This document shows positions 35,882 through 46,126 of a stretch of 64,000 nt of DNA, piece after piece. The DNA comes from Escherichia phage Ec_Makalu_001, in the sequence record MN894885.1; one strand, 5' to 3'. The translations under genes and the position numbers were made by a program. How positions within the stretch are numbered: position 1 is the stretch's first letter; the number at the start of each line of letters is the position of its first letter. The notes under the pieces were generated by a model. The model had not been told where the DNA came from. It saw only the letters and a program-made list of their open reading frames with translations, and did no database searches.

Positions 35882-37038
35882 AGATATTTCCCGAATCGGT
35901 TGTAGTCGTCGTCTGTTAAATCGGTATTAACCTGAGATACCAGATACATAATCTCTACTTCTTGCGCCGCGTTTTGAACTTCGTCAGAGTTTAACCACTT
36001 ACGCATCCACGGTAAAGGATGACGACGAACACTAAACGGGCTTTTCAGTCCGGCAGCACGCATACGGGAATCTGCCAGGTATTCTACATAGGTTTTCAGA
36101 ATTTCCGGTGACAGGTTAGGAATTGCCCCCATTGCGAATAAGTGATCTACCCATTCTTTTTCTTGCTCGACAACATCCAGAAAGATTTTCGTTGCTTCGT
36201 CTTCAAGTTCTTCCGCAATCTGTTTCCACTCATCACCATCAGCCCCCGTTTGCCATTGACGAATAATGTATTGTGTTCCTTTTAAGTGAAGTTGTTCATC
36301 ACGCGCAATAAATTTCATGATCTTCGCGTTACCTTCCAGTAAACCACGTTCGGCAAAGCTGAAAGTACATGCAAAGGACACATAAAAACGGATTGCTTCC
36401 AAAGCATTAACGCAGTGTGCACACAGATAAATCGACGCCATCAGATCTCGTTTTGTATCTTCAAAAACTCTTCTTGCATCATCTAATGCTGTCTGGTCGT
36501 CTCGTTCTTCCCAATAGCGGAGATCTTCTTTTGCGTTCTCATACTTACGAATCCAATAAAGAACATCATCATAATATTGCCCGATAGATTCCGCTCGCTT
36601 CATGATAGCAGGGTTATCGATGATCTGGTCAAACTCACTAGCCGGATCAATGAAACAGTTACGCATAATGTGAGTATAACTGCGGCTATGAATTGTCTCG
36701 CTGAATGTCCAGGTTTGTAACCATGTATCGAGAGTTGGATCAGATACAATTGGACCAAATGCTGCGGACGGTGCGCGACCTTGAATAGAATCAAGTAATG
36801 TCTGATACTTCAAGTTTTCTGTAAAGAAACGTTTTTCAACATCGCCCATATTCAGATATTGAATGCGGTCGGTTGCAAGTGAAATCTCTTCTGGACGCCA
36901 GAAAAATGACAGAGATTTTTCAATTAATTCTTCAAATACTTGATGACGCTGAATGTCATAGCGAGCAATCCCTAAATCACTACCCAGAAACATTGGTTCG
37001 TTCATAATATCAACATGTTCGCGGTTAAATACGCTCAT
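35878..37038 (-). CDS. nrdB: Ribonucleotide reductase small subunit
   Basis: 386 aa; di-iron/tyrosyl radical motifs in the expected order; contiguous ORF with no intron. Confidence 0.85.
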   Translation of the reverse strand: MSVFNREHVDIMNEPMFLGSDLGIARYDIQRHQVFEELIEKSLSFFWRPEEISLATDRIQYLNMGDVEKRFFTENLKYQTLLDSIQGRAPSAAFGPIVSDPTLDTWLQTWTFSETIHSRSYTHIMRNCFIDPASEFDQIIDNPAIMKRAESIGQYYDDVLYWIRKYENAKEDLRYWEERDDQTALDDARRVFEDTKRDLMASIYLCAHCVNALEAIRFYVSFACTFSFAERGLLEGNAKIMKFIARDEQLHLKGTQYIIRQWQTGADGDEWKQIAEELEDEATKIFLDVVEQEKEWVDHLFAMGAIPNLSPEILKTYVEYLADSRMRAAGLKSPFSVRRHPLPWMRKWLNSDEVQNAAQEVEIMYLVSQVNTDLTDDDYNRFGKYL

Positions 37039-37393
37039 TAATTCACCTCACTATCACTTTTTAATACAAAAGAACTTAGTATTTCTGTTTATGTCTCTAT
37101 CCTGTTGCAATTCCTGCATGGCTTCAAAACAACTTTGATGTGATGAAAACTCTACGCTGGTAACAGTTCCTTTATTATATACCCCGACACTAACGGAAAG
37201 CAATAACCATAATGTAGCCATTAGTTCACCTTCTGCTTTTCAATGCAATACAGATTCATAAAGCGTTTATTGTCTTCGCGGATAATCTCGCGAGCTTTAA
37301 CGCAATCCTGCTTTGTTGCAAACTCAATGCTTGACATATTTCCGTAATTATACATTGAATTGCTTATTGCAATCAATAACCATACAGTAGCCA

Positions 37394-37561
37394 TTATCCG
37401 ACAACCTCAAAACATTTATCATCAGGAAGAATAGCCCATTCTACGCCGTATTCATCCTTAACGTAGTAGCAAGTCCCATCATGTCGAGCATCATATTCAT
37501 CACCGACAACAAAGCTATCAGCTAGCTCAAAATCTACAGCAACACATTTTAATTTTGCCAT
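37394..37561 (-). CDS. Paralogue family D member (55 aa)
   Basis: Track ORF trimmed to the ATG at 37561, which follows promoter and RBS; MAKLKCVAVDFELADSFVVGDEYD... . Confidence 0.45.
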   Translation of the reverse strand: MAKLKCVAVDFELADSFVVGDEYDARHDGTCYYVKDEYGVEWAILPDDKCFEVVG

Positions 37562-37592
37562 AATAAAATCCTCATTTGTTTTTGATGGTTGC

Positions 37593-37621
37593 ATTATAGC
37601 GGGGATTTCTCCCCGCGTCAA
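37593..37621 (-). promoter_or_regulatory. Sigma70-like early promoter with palindromic spacer
   Basis: Minus strand: TTGACG, spacer CGGGGAGAAATCCCCGC (17 bp), TATAAT. Confidence 0.55.
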
Positions 37622-37629
37622 CACTTATT

Positions 37630-39873
37630 TTACAGTTTGCAAGATGAACATTCGCTAGCGTCTTCCGTACCATCAGCACCATCACGCACGTTAGCGTAAT
37701 ACAGTGTCTTGAGGCCGTAATATTGAGCAAACAGCATATCATCTAACACATCAGCAATATCGACTTTACCAGTCTTATAAGTGCTTGGATCGTAGGATGT
37801 ATTGGAACTAATCGCCTGATCTACAAACTTCTGCATGATCGCTGCCAGTGTCAGATAAGGTTTGTTACCTTTCTTGATCAGTGTCCAAAGCAGGTCAATA
37901 ACATCAGCATTATTCTCTACGTTCGGAATAACCTGATTAAATTGTCCTTCCTTTGATCCTTTAACCGATACAATCCCGCGAGGCGGTTCTATTCCATTGG
38001 TGCTATTAGATACCTGAGAAGACGACTCACAAGGCATCAGCGCCGATAGTGTACTGTTACGAATGCCATATTTTTTCAGGTCTTCGCGCAGTTCTTCCCA
38101 ATCCATCTCATACACCGGGTCAACCAGTTCATCTACTGTCTTTTTGTACCAGTCAATAGGAAGTTCACCGCGACCATAACGTGTTTCGTGCATCAGTTCG
38201 CAAGCGCCCTTCTCTTTTGCTAGCTGCACACTAGCTTTAATCAGAGCATATTGCAAGCGTTCAAACGTTTTATGCGTAAACTCGTTAGCGTCTTCATATG
38301 TGAAGAAATTATCCGCCAGATATGATGCAAAGTTAGTCACACCAACACCCAGAGAGCGACGTTTCTTAGCTGTCAGTGCTTGTTTTACAGGATAATCCTG
38401 ATAATCTAACAGGTTATCAAGTGCACGCACCATAACCATAGCGATCCGCTCTACTTCTTCCATGTTTTCGATATCGAAATTACCTAAAACATATGCTGCC
38501 AAAGTGCATAGGCTGATCTCTGAATCATCACGACCCATCGGTTTTGTCGGCAGAGCGATTTCACAACACAGGTTAGATTGTTTAATCGGTGCTACATTAC
38601 GAATAAACGCCCCGTGATTGTTCATGTTGTCTGTGAACGCTGGATAGATTCGACCAGTGTTAAAACGTTCAATTGCCACCGCTAAAAACAGGTCTTCGGC
38701 TTTAACACGAGTTTTACGAACACTCGGATCTTTTTCCAGTTTTTCATAAAGCTGGCGGAATCCTTCCTCATCTCGGAAGTACAGATCCCACAACAAGCCA
38801 CCCGCAACATCTGGACTAAACAGAGTAATGTAATCACGTTTAAGGAATCGCTCTACCATCAGGTTATTAATCTGTACGCCGTAATCAAGATGACGAATGC
38901 GGTTATCTTCTACCCCTTTGTTGTTCTTCAACACAATAAGACTTTCAAACTCTAAATGCCACATTGGGTAATAGAGAGTCGCCGCCCCGCCACGAATACC
39001 GCCTTGTGAGCATGACTTAACGGCAGTCTGAAAATGTTTCCAGAATGGGATAACGCCAGTATGACGAACTTCACCATGCCCGATCTTAGATCCTTCCGCT
39101 CGAATCATACCAGCATTGATACCGATACCAGCACGCTTACTAATATACTTGATGATTGCATTTGCTGTTTCGTTGATGCCCTGCAATGAGTCATCACTTT
39201 CAATCACCACACACGAACTAAATTGTCGTGTTGGAGTACGCACACCAGCCATAATCGGAGTAGGCAGAGAAATTTGCTTATTCGCAACAGCATTATAAAA
39301 ATCAATCACATGTTCAAGTCGATTTTCTGTCTCTTCTTGATGTAAGCACATACCGATCAGCATATAAGCAAATTGCGGTGTTTCAATGATTTTCTTAGTG
39401 CTGCGATCCTGAACAAGATATTTCTCTTTTAACTGCATTGCACCAGCATAGGTCATTTTAAAGTCAAGTTTATGGTCGATGAATTTCTCCAGATATTCCA
39501 CTTCTTCACGGGAATACTTTTGCAGAATTTCGCGATCATATTTTCCGGTTGCAATATTACGCTCAATATGGCTGTAAAAATCAATTGGTTGGAATTGACC
39601 GTATACTGATTTACGAAGCGCGAACATTGCAAGGTTACTTGCTACATATTGATAATCAGGTGTTTCTACAGTAATGTTATCTGCGGCGACCTTAATCAAT
39701 ACTTTCTGGATATCGTTAGTAGACATACCTTCTGTCAGAAGTGGTTCAACCATATCAAACAATTCATATGGATCAACGTTATGACCTTCGGCTGCCGCTT
39801 CCAGAATTTTCATTACTTTTTCTCTTTCAAACGGAACAGTCAGACCGGAAGACTTAACAACATTTTTAATCAT
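37630..39873 (-). CDS. nrdA: Ribonucleotide reductase large subunit
   Basis: 747 aa; class Ia RNR active-site region (NLCCEIALP; C-terminal CESSS...CSSCKL redox Cys pairs). Confidence 0.88.
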   Translation of the reverse strand: MIKNVVKSSGLTVPFEREKVMKILEAAAEGHNVDPYELFDMVEPLLTEGMSTNDIQKVLIKVAADNITVETPDYQYVASNLAMFALRKSVYGQFQPIDFYSHIERNIATGKYDREILQKYSREEVEYLEKFIDHKLDFKMTYAGAMQLKEKYLVQDRSTKKIIETPQFAYMLIGMCLHQEETENRLEHVIDFYNAVANKQISLPTPIMAGVRTPTRQFSSCVVIESDDSLQGINETANAIIKYISKRAGIGINAGMIRAEGSKIGHGEVRHTGVIPFWKHFQTAVKSCSQGGIRGGAATLYYPMWHLEFESLIVLKNNKGVEDNRIRHLDYGVQINNLMVERFLKRDYITLFSPDVAGGLLWDLYFRDEEGFRQLYEKLEKDPSVRKTRVKAEDLFLAVAIERFNTGRIYPAFTDNMNNHGAFIRNVAPIKQSNLCCEIALPTKPMGRDDSEISLCTLAAYVLGNFDIENMEEVERIAMVMVRALDNLLDYQDYPVKQALTAKKRRSLGVGVTNFASYLADNFFTYEDANEFTHKTFERLQYALIKASVQLAKEKGACELMHETRYGRGELPIDWYKKTVDELVDPVYEMDWEELREDLKKYGIRNSTLSALMPCESSSQVSNSTNGIEPPRGIVSVKGSKEGQFNQVIPNVENNADVIDLLWTLIKKGNKPYLTLAAIMQKFVDQAISSNTSYDPSTYKTGKVDIADVLDDMLFAQYYGLKTLYYANVRDGADGTEDASECSSCKL

Positions 39874-39884
39874 ATTACCTCACT

Positions 39885-40187
39885 TCATATATCAAGCGTA
39901 TTTTCTGGAGTATCGCCGAAAACTCTATTAACGAGATCCGCCAATACTTCACCGTGGCATTTCTTAGGGTAGCAAGTACAACCTAAGCGCATATGTCTTA
40001 ATACTTCTAAATGCGCCCGTGTTATCTCACCATTTCGAATCTTATTATACAACCACTCTTTGTATAATGCAATAGCTTTCTCTCGTCCGTATTCTTTGGC
40101 GGTGTATGGATTTCCCCACATAGTACCACGCTGAATATTAACATCAAAATCGCTATTGTATTTGTTTACAACGCGGCATATTTTCAT
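39885..40187 (-). CDS. DUF4326-like small protein
   Basis: 100 aa; GNPY...LGCTCYPKKCHG pattern; GC palindrome and AAGGAG RBS upstream. Confidence 0.4.
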   Translation of the reverse strand: MKICRVVNKYNSDFDVNIQRGTMWGNPYTAKEYGREKAIALYKEWLYNKIRNGEITRAHLEVLRHMRLGCTCYPKKCHGEVLADLVNRVFGDTPENTLDI

Positions 40188-40223
40188 TTGATACTCCTTG
40201 CGGGGATTCCTCCCCGCATTTGT

Positions 40224-41456
40224 TTATACTGCCATTTGAGCGGTGATTGCCGGATGGCTTTGATAGTTGTGAATTTTAAAGTCTTTCGGAGTTTTTGTCA
40301 ATACCTCATCTAAAGATTTAAATTCCGGCAACTCAATTGTTGGTTTATCAAACGGAACACGGCTTAACTGTTCCATCACTTGGTCAAAGTGATTTTTGTA
40401 AATGTGAGTATCTCCGCCGGAGAAAATCAGTTCTCCTACTTCGAGATCACACATTTTCGCTATGATGTGAGTTAACAGCGCATAGCTGGCGACGTTAAAG
40501 GGCAAGCCCAAAAAGCTGTCTACGCTTCGCTGAAACCACATACAAGACAGTTTACCCTCATTGACATAGAATTGCACGAACGGATGACATACACCTAATA
40601 CAGCATTATGTGTTCCTTGTACGTTCCATGAGTCAATGATGATACGTCGATCCGTTGGATTGTTTTTAATTTGTTCAATCACGTTTTGTAACTGGTCTTC
40701 CCAAATCTTCGGGCGATAGACATATTCTTCATCGTCTTTAGTGCTCGATGTGTCTATGTCCATACTAGCAAAGATCGTGGTATCTGGCGCTAAAATATCC
40801 CCGCCTAGATAATCACTATCAAGCAGATAACCGAAATAACCATCATCTACCCATTCCTGGAATCCCCACAAGCAATATGCATCATTAACAAAATTAGATT
40901 GAGTCTTCCAGTGGTCTGCTACTAAGAATTGATTATATTCAGAATCAAACTCTTCATAACGCATACCACGCCAGATAGCACATAAACGGTCTTCTGTGTC
41001 GTTGGTTGGCGTAAAGTCTTCTACCCACGGGTGTTTAAATGTATGTGTATATTTGCTCTTAACGCGCTTAATTTTGATTTCACCGTGTGGATGAATCGGT
41101 TTGCGTCGCCACGCCATACCATACATATTGCCGACATTATAACCATTGAATCGCAAGGGATTCTTTTCTTTCATATCAAGACAGTTGCCGCGCCAAATAT
41201 CAAATGCTTCCTCGTCAAACTTTCCGCGTGTAATTTCCTGTAAGCGACGGCGGTCAAGTGATCCCTCCATAAACCATAGCAATTCGCCAATTACAGAGGC
41301 TGTAGCCATCTTTTTAGTGGTCAGTAATGGGAAACCCTTGCTTAAATCAATTCGCATCTCTGTGCCGAATTTAGAGAGCGTACCTACCCCCGTTCGGTCT
41401 TCACGAGGCCAGCCATTATCAAGAACATCACGCAATAGTTTCAAATATTCTTTCAT
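40224..41456 (-). CDS. td: Thymidylate synthase with ~115-aa internal insertion
   Basis: 410 aa; TS motifs DRTGVGT, catalytic LGVCHPFVQFYV, QRSVDSFLGLPFNVASYALL (Asn = dUMP specificity), C-terminal AV; ~115 extra residues between the YGxxWR segment and the DRRIIxxSWN segment relative to E. coli and T4 TS. Confidence 0.8.
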   Translation of the reverse strand: MKEYLKLLRDVLDNGWPREDRTGVGTLSKFGTEMRIDLSKGFPLLTTKKMATASVIGELLWFMEGSLDRRRLQEITRGKFDEEAFDIWRGNCLDMKEKNPLRFNGYNVGNMYGMAWRRKPIHPHGEIKIKRVKSKYTHTFKHPWVEDFTPTNDTEDRLCAIWRGMRYEEFDSEYNQFLVADHWKTQSNFVNDAYCLWGFQEWVDDGYFGYLLDSDYLGGDILAPDTTIFASMDIDTSSTKDDEEYVYRPKIWEDQLQNVIEQIKNNPTDRRIIIDSWNVQGTHNAVLGVCHPFVQFYVNEGKLSCMWFQRSVDSFLGLPFNVASYALLTHIIAKMCDLEVGELIFSGGDTHIYKNHFDQVMEQLSRVPFDKPTIELPEFKSLDEVLTKTPKDFKIHNYQSHPAITAQMAV

Positions 41457-41724
41457 CCCACATCACCTTTTTCTTATTGATTGCTTTCTTACGCAGTTTT
41501 GCTACTGTCTCGTCAATATCGATAAAGACAACGCCACGGTCGAATATAGTAGCAGGTCTTGAGATATCGCTATTTTCTTGCACAGGAAGCCATGATGCGC
41601 TCGCTTCATCATAGAGATATTGTAAACCGTAATAATCTACGGCTACTGCGTAGTTTTCACTGGTAGCCGTCCATAATTGAATAATACCGACTTTCATTAT
41701 TGTTCCCGTCCGCAATGTAAACAC
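41428..41724 (-). CDS. Hypothetical protein (about 89-98 aa; start uncertain)
   Basis: ORF coupled to the td start. Confidence 0.35.
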   Translation of the reverse strand: MFTLRTGTIMKVGIIQLWTATSENYAVAVDYYGLQYLYDEASASWLPVQENSDISRPATIFDRGVVFIDIDETVAKLRKKAINKKKVMWDERIFETIA

Positions 41725-41790
41725 CGACTACCAGCAAACATCAAAGATTCACCACAATGTTTGCACTCATAATCTGTAAGAATTTTCATG

Positions 41791-42360
41791 TTACGCCTTC
41801 TTACGTTCTAAAATTTGTTCGCTGATCAGGTAATTATCAAGGAAGTAATTATGTTCTTCTTTGGTTACAAAGTCAAAATACAATTCCTGAATCATTTCCT
41901 TAGAGATACCAACATCATATTCAAATGGATCGTTGATCCCTGAACGCTGAACATACGTTAACACAATACGGTCCGCAAAGTCAACCGCTTTTTCAATCAG
42001 GGAAGGTCCTCCGATAACACTTACCAAACCTTGCGTTTTCTCCAGGACTTTTAACAGATCCTTTAATTCAATTCCAGTATACACATTAGGCTGGTCGCCG
42101 TTTTTGGCTTTCGGTGTCGGCTTGCTGGCATCGGTACTAATAACCACATTAAGACGACCTTCCAGTGCTTTAGGGAGACTTTCAAAGGTATTACGTCCCA
42201 TTACAACCGCCGCAAGATCAACATCTCCCATAGTGCGCATTTTAAAGTTTTCCATGTCCTTTTTGATTGGACGACCCCACGGTAAACCGCCTTTAAAACC
42301 AAAAGCCCAATTTTCATCTGACATTTTAGTGTCACCAATCGCAAATACACATTGAATCAT
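41791..42360 (-). CDS. frd: Dihydrofolate reductase
   Basis: 189 aa; GLPW motif region (GFKGGLPWGRP), VIGGPSL; synteny after td. Confidence 0.8.
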   Translation of the reverse strand: MIQCVFAIGDTKMSDENWAFGFKGGLPWGRPIKKDMENFKMRTMGDVDLAAVVMGRNTFESLPKALEGRLNVVISTDASKPTPKAKNGDQPNVYTGIELKDLLKVLEKTQGLVSVIGGPSLIEKAVDFADRIVLTYVQRSGINDPFEYDVGISKEMIQELYFDFVTKEEHNYFLDNYLISEQILERKKA

Positions 42361-42375
42361 AATATAAATCTCCCA

Positions 42376-42705
42376 TCAAATCAGTTTGAAATAGTTTTCG
42401 TTTACATTTTCTTCTGTGATTGCTGTCTTAAATTCTTGACCGTTATCCGGTGTGATGAAATAACGGTCAGAATAATCACGAAAACGTTTTAAGTGAGATA
42501 CCCCAACATTAACACCATTTTCCCAAAAACGAAAGGTAATCATTTTTGGTTCATATCGATAGTCGCTGGTTAACACAGTGCCATCACCGCGACGGGCTTC
42601 ATAAACCATAATACATTCACGGTTAGCGGCTTTAATACATTCTTCAATAGTGCCACATGCGATAATACTTACTGTTTCATCTACGATTTGTTCTACAGTC
42701 CACAT
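42376..42705 (-). CDS. Hypothetical protein (109 aa)
   Basis: ORF with cassette promoter upstream. Confidence 0.45.
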   Translation of the reverse strand: MWTVEQIVDETVSIIACGTIEECIKAANRECIMVYEARRGDGTVLTSDYRYEPKMITFRFWENGVNVGVSHLKRFRDYSDRYFITPDNGQEFKTAITEENVNENYFKLI

Positions 42706-42760
42706 AATATAATCCTCACTTTGTTTCGATGTTTGTATTATACATCATCTGTGTTCGGCG

Positions 42761-43090
42761 TCAACCTTTTTGTTCCATGAAAAGCGGTGCTGTTTCTTCT
42801 TTCAGTTTAATAACTAGCGCGGAAACTTCATCAAGAAAATCTTTTTCCATATGAGCAAGCAATGATTTAGAATCTTTGATAACTTTCAAAGAATATTCAC
42901 TTAGATTTCCTTTTCCTAACAATAATGCAGGGTACACACTATGCGGTATCTCGATTTCATGATATTCACTCATAGTATAATATTTGTGAATTTTTAAATC
43001 TATATTTCTTCGTTGTACGTCTACATCAGCAATGACATACAGAAGTTCGATTTTATCACTTTTCTGGGAAAGGGTAGCATTCAAAAACAT
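42761..43090 (-). CDS. Hypothetical protein (109 aa)
   Basis: ORF with cassette promoter upstream. Confidence 0.45.
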   Translation of the reverse strand: MFLNATLSQKSDKIELLYVIADVDVQRRNIDLKIHKYYTMSEYHEIEIPHSVYPALLLGKGNLSEYSLKVIKDSKSLLAHMEKDFLDEVSALVIKLKEETAPLFMEQKG

Positions 43091-43135
43091 TGTTAATCCT
43101 CCGTTGTTTCGATGAGTTCATTATACACTATTGGG

Positions 43136-44314
43136 TTACGCTGTCAACTCTTTTTCAAAAGATTTTACGATATACATGATAGTGCTCAATTCAGACGGCG
43201 CTACTGTTTCGGTGTAGCCATCCGGCATATCTTCTTTCGAGATATAGGAAGTCTTGCCTTTCATCGCTTCCTTGATCTTGTTCTCTAATTCTAAGATCTT
43301 TTGACCGTCTTGTAAAGTCAATTCATAAAAGATCTCGTGACCGAACTTTGAAACACGAGATTGGTTTCTCATGCGCTCATGTGTTTCTTTGTTTGTTATT
43401 CCAAATTTCACGCCAACAAAGGAATCATTGTTGGTTAATTTCTGTATATAAAGAGTTCCTGTCTTTAATGCCTGATAACCATGCTTAGAACACAACGGGC
43501 AGCGTGTTCCGCGATTAACAAAATTATCAATAGTTACATCCCATTCATGGTTACGTTCGCATGTCAGAAGTATTCTTGTTAATGCACCTTTCCACTTTCC
43601 TGAAATCCCAATAAATTTTAGTCTGTTGGTTTCGCATATTTTTTCAATTTGTTTTAATCGGTCACTTTTTGTTATTGGTGCTGTTCCGCTACATTTGCGA
43701 CACCGACGACCTAGTTTGAACTTATCATAACTTTGTTCGTAAATGTGATTATTAGGACACTCAAATTTAAGTTTAGTTTTTGTTCCTCTCCATTCCCCAA
43801 TTATACCCAAAAATTTATAATCTCCTTTATTTTCATTTATATAAGATAAGGAATCTTCTTTATCATGCATCTTGCCCCCGTTACATAAAGGACATCTTGT
43901 TTTTTGATGAATGAAATCTGTATATGTTGGTTGGTATGTGTGTCCGTTTGTACAGTTCATAATGAGTCTTGTTCTGCTATTTTTATACTCCCCACCAACA
44001 AAACCAACAAATACATCGTTTGTTTCTTGTTTTATTCTTTCTATCACATTGTTTGGGTTTAATCTTTGAGAATCAACCACACATTTCTTACACGAAACTT
44101 TTTTCCTGATATTTGCTAGAGTTGATGTGTATTCATGCTTGTTATTACATAATATAAGAGCTTTTGTTTTGAGACCAGACCATTCTCCAACAAACCCCAT
44201 GAAAGAATAACCAACTTCCAAACATGAATTTTTTACAACATTTTCCCAATAGAAGGGAGTTTTCGTGTTTCCTTTTATTTCTATACGAATCTCATGTGCT
44301 TGACGTACTAACAT
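43136..44314 (-). CDS. Four-repeat zinc-ribbon protein with C-terminal GIY-YIG-like region
   Basis: Four ~45-aa repeats of pattern F(V/I)G(F/I)xGxWxGxxTxLxxxCxxxHxYxxxxxxFxxxxxC(x2)C; C-terminal LYIQKL...VKFGIT...R...E loosely GIY-YIG-like; start taken at the ATG at 44314 after promoter and RBS. Confidence 0.45.
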   Translation of the reverse strand: MLVRQAHEIRIEIKGNTKTPFYWENVVKNSCLEVGYSFMGFVGEWSGLKTKALILCNNKHEYTSTLANIRKKVSCKKCVVDSQRLNPNNVIERIKQETNDVFVGFVGGEYKNSRTRLIMNCTNGHTYQPTYTDFIHQKTRCPLCNGGKMHDKEDSLSYINENKGDYKFLGIIGEWRGTKTKLKFECPNNHIYEQSYDKFKLGRRCRKCSGTAPITKSDRLKQIEKICETNRLKFIGISGKWKGALTRILLTCERNHEWDVTIDNFVNRGTRCPLCSKHGYQALKTGTLYIQKLTNNDSFVGVKFGITNKETHERMRNQSRVSKFGHEIFYELTLQDGQKILELENKIKEAMKGKTSYISKEDMPDGYTETVAPSELSTIMYIVKSFEKELTA

Positions 44315-44398
44315 ATTTTTATCCTCCGTTGTTTCGATGTGTGTATTATACATTACCACATCAGCACGTCAACACCTTTTTCATAAAATTTTAGGCAA

Positions 44399-44423
44399 TA
44401 AAAAAGCCTCCCCGAAGGGAGGC
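44399..44423 (-). terminator. Rho-independent terminator after gene 32 (minus strand)
   Basis: Hairpin gcctccc-ttcg-gggaggc followed by U-run. Confidence 0.6.
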
Positions 44424-44434
44424 TTTAAAATTCA

Positions 44435-45382
44435 TTACATCGCTAACAGAGAATCCAGGTCATCCAGATCAGAAGCGGAGGAAGTACCGCCACTCAGGTC
44501 CAGAGATGCCATCAGGTCATCAGCGGAAGAATCTAACGCCGTGCTAGCGGCGGTAGTACCAGCGTCGAATGCATTCATCTGTGCGTCAAAATCGTCAAGC
44601 TGGCTGTTAATCGCTGCCGCAGCACTGGAAGCCGCAGCACCAGCTACCATAGACACGCCCATAGTTTTCTTAAATTTGGTTTCCAGTTCGTCAAACGGTT
44701 TAAACTGGCTAGGTGCTACAATCTCACCCAAATCAACCATGTTTTCCATCAGATATTTCTGGTATGCTTCGTCTTCAATTTTCGGAAGCTGTGATTGCTG
44801 CATGAAACGAGAATCATCATAGTTCTGGTGTTTATCAACCTTCTTAGCTTTCAGGAGGAAGTTAGCGCCAGAGAACACACAAGTTACATCTACCGGAACT
44901 TCGCCCATGTCGGTATTCACGTTCACCATCGCAACGATCTTATCATAAATTTTCTGACCGAAGCGGAATTTAAATACCTTGCCTTCGTTTTCTGGTGCTT
45001 GAGGATCTTTCAGTACCAGAATGTTTGCGTAGTAAGACGCTTTACGCTTAATCAGTTGCCATTCGGTTTTATCGGTATTGTACAAATCTTTTTCGTTAAT
45101 ATATTTGCACACAGGGCAAGAATCAAAATCACCGTGGGTGCTGGAGCAGTTTTCCCAATACCATTTTCCATTAACTTTGAAGGAATGGTTTACCAGTTTC
45201 ACAATCGGCAGACCGTCTTCTGTCTTAGACGGCAGGAAGCGAATCAGGGCTTCACCGTTACCTGCTGCATCAGTCTTAATCTTCCACTCTTTCGGGTCTT
45301 CTTTGGAGAAACCGTTGCCACCTTTCAGTGCGGCCAGTTGAGCTTGCAGTTTGGAAGAATCTTGGCGTTTAAACATATTCAC
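44435..45382 (-). CDS. 32: Single-stranded DNA-binding protein gp32
   Basis: 315 aa; LIRFLPSK, HxFxxNGKWY, zinc-binding Cys/His, [12 protein letters not shown], acidic C-terminal tail; as T4 gp32. Confidence 0.9.
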   Translation of the reverse strand: MNMFKRQDSSKLQAQLAALKGGNGFSKEDPKEWKIKTDAAGNGEALIRFLPSKTEDGLPIVKLVNHSFKVNGKWYWENCSSTHGDFDSCPVCKYINEKDLYNTDKTEWQLIKRKASYYANILVLKDPQAPENEGKVFKFRFGQKIYDKIVAMVNVNTDMGEVPVDVTCVFSGANFLLKAKKVDKHQNYDDSRFMQQSQLPKIEDEAYQKYLMENMVDLGEIVAPSQFKPFDELETKFKKTMGVSMVAGAAASSAAAAINSQLDDFDAQMNAFDAGTTAASTALDSSADDLMASLDLSGGTSSASDLDDLDSLLAM

Positions 45383-45436
45383 TATTCCTTCTTTTGATTA
45401 ATTTACGAGACTATTATACAGATTTAAATTTACTTG

Positions 45437-46117
45437 TCAACTATTTGTTTCGGCTTTTAATTGAGATATTTCTTTACACTCTTTAACGACTTTAACAAAT
45501 AATGCTCTTGCTTTTGCGGCGTCAATAACAAGTAGTTTCTTGTACGCCTTCATTTTAACACTATAAGTTTGCCAAATCAAGTCTTTGGCTACCTTGTCGT
45601 GTTCGTCGATTATATTTAGAAAGCTATCTAACAACATAAACGACTCAAACGATATAATCCGATTTTGCAGTAGTTTAAAGATACCGCTAGTTTCGGTTGC
45701 GGGATTGTATGTAATTAGCTCTTTAAGAGTAACCCCGCGTTTCTCGGAGAAGTATACCAGACTTTTAATGTCATCGTCAAATCGTGTTGCCGCATCGGTT
45801 ATCTTTCCTATGTATTCCATATAAAAGCCGTATGCGTCAACATCAGTGATTTCACCTACCCATGCATCGGTATTAGCTACCAGATTGCTTAGGAATAGGA
45901 AGTATAATTCTCTTAGATTGTACTTTTCCGCTAATTTCGCGAAATAATACTTATCTCTGCGTTTATTGAATGCGGCATCAGATAACCGCATCCTCCAATT
46001 GTATTTTACGCAATCATAACGCCCGTTCATATGAGCTTTCATCATGCAATATAACATATACACAGATTTAGCATTAATTCGCATATCTGGATCTGGAGGA
46101 AGACGGTTTCTGATCAT
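45437..46117 (-). CDS. 59: Helicase loader gp59
   Basis: 226 aa; KSVYxLYxMxKxHMNGxYD, SNLVAN, IISFExFxLLDSFLNIIDxHD as T4 gp59. Confidence 0.88.
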   Translation of the reverse strand: MIRNRLPPDPDMRINAKSVYMLYCMMKAHMNGRYDCVKYNWRMRLSDAAFNKRRDKYYFAKLAEKYNLRELYFLFLSNLVANTDAWVGEITDVDAYGFYMEYIGKITDAATRFDDDIKSLVYFSEKRGVTLKELITYNPATETSGIFKLLQNRIISFESFMLLDSFLNIIDEHDKVAKDLIWQTYSVKMKAYKKLLVIDAAKARALFVKVVKECKEISQLKAETNS

Positions 46118-46126
46118 ACATACCCC

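Noticed and set aside
40224-41456. Possible group I intron or intein in td
   Set aside because: The reading frame is continuous (no stop codons, so not an unspliced intron) and the inserted segment lacks the Cys/Ser start and His-Asn end of inteins; treated as a protein insertion instead.
44337-45397. Plus-strand ORFs (161 and 200 aa) overlapping gene 32
   Set aside because: Entirely antisense to a confidently identified, conserved gene (gp32); no translation signals.
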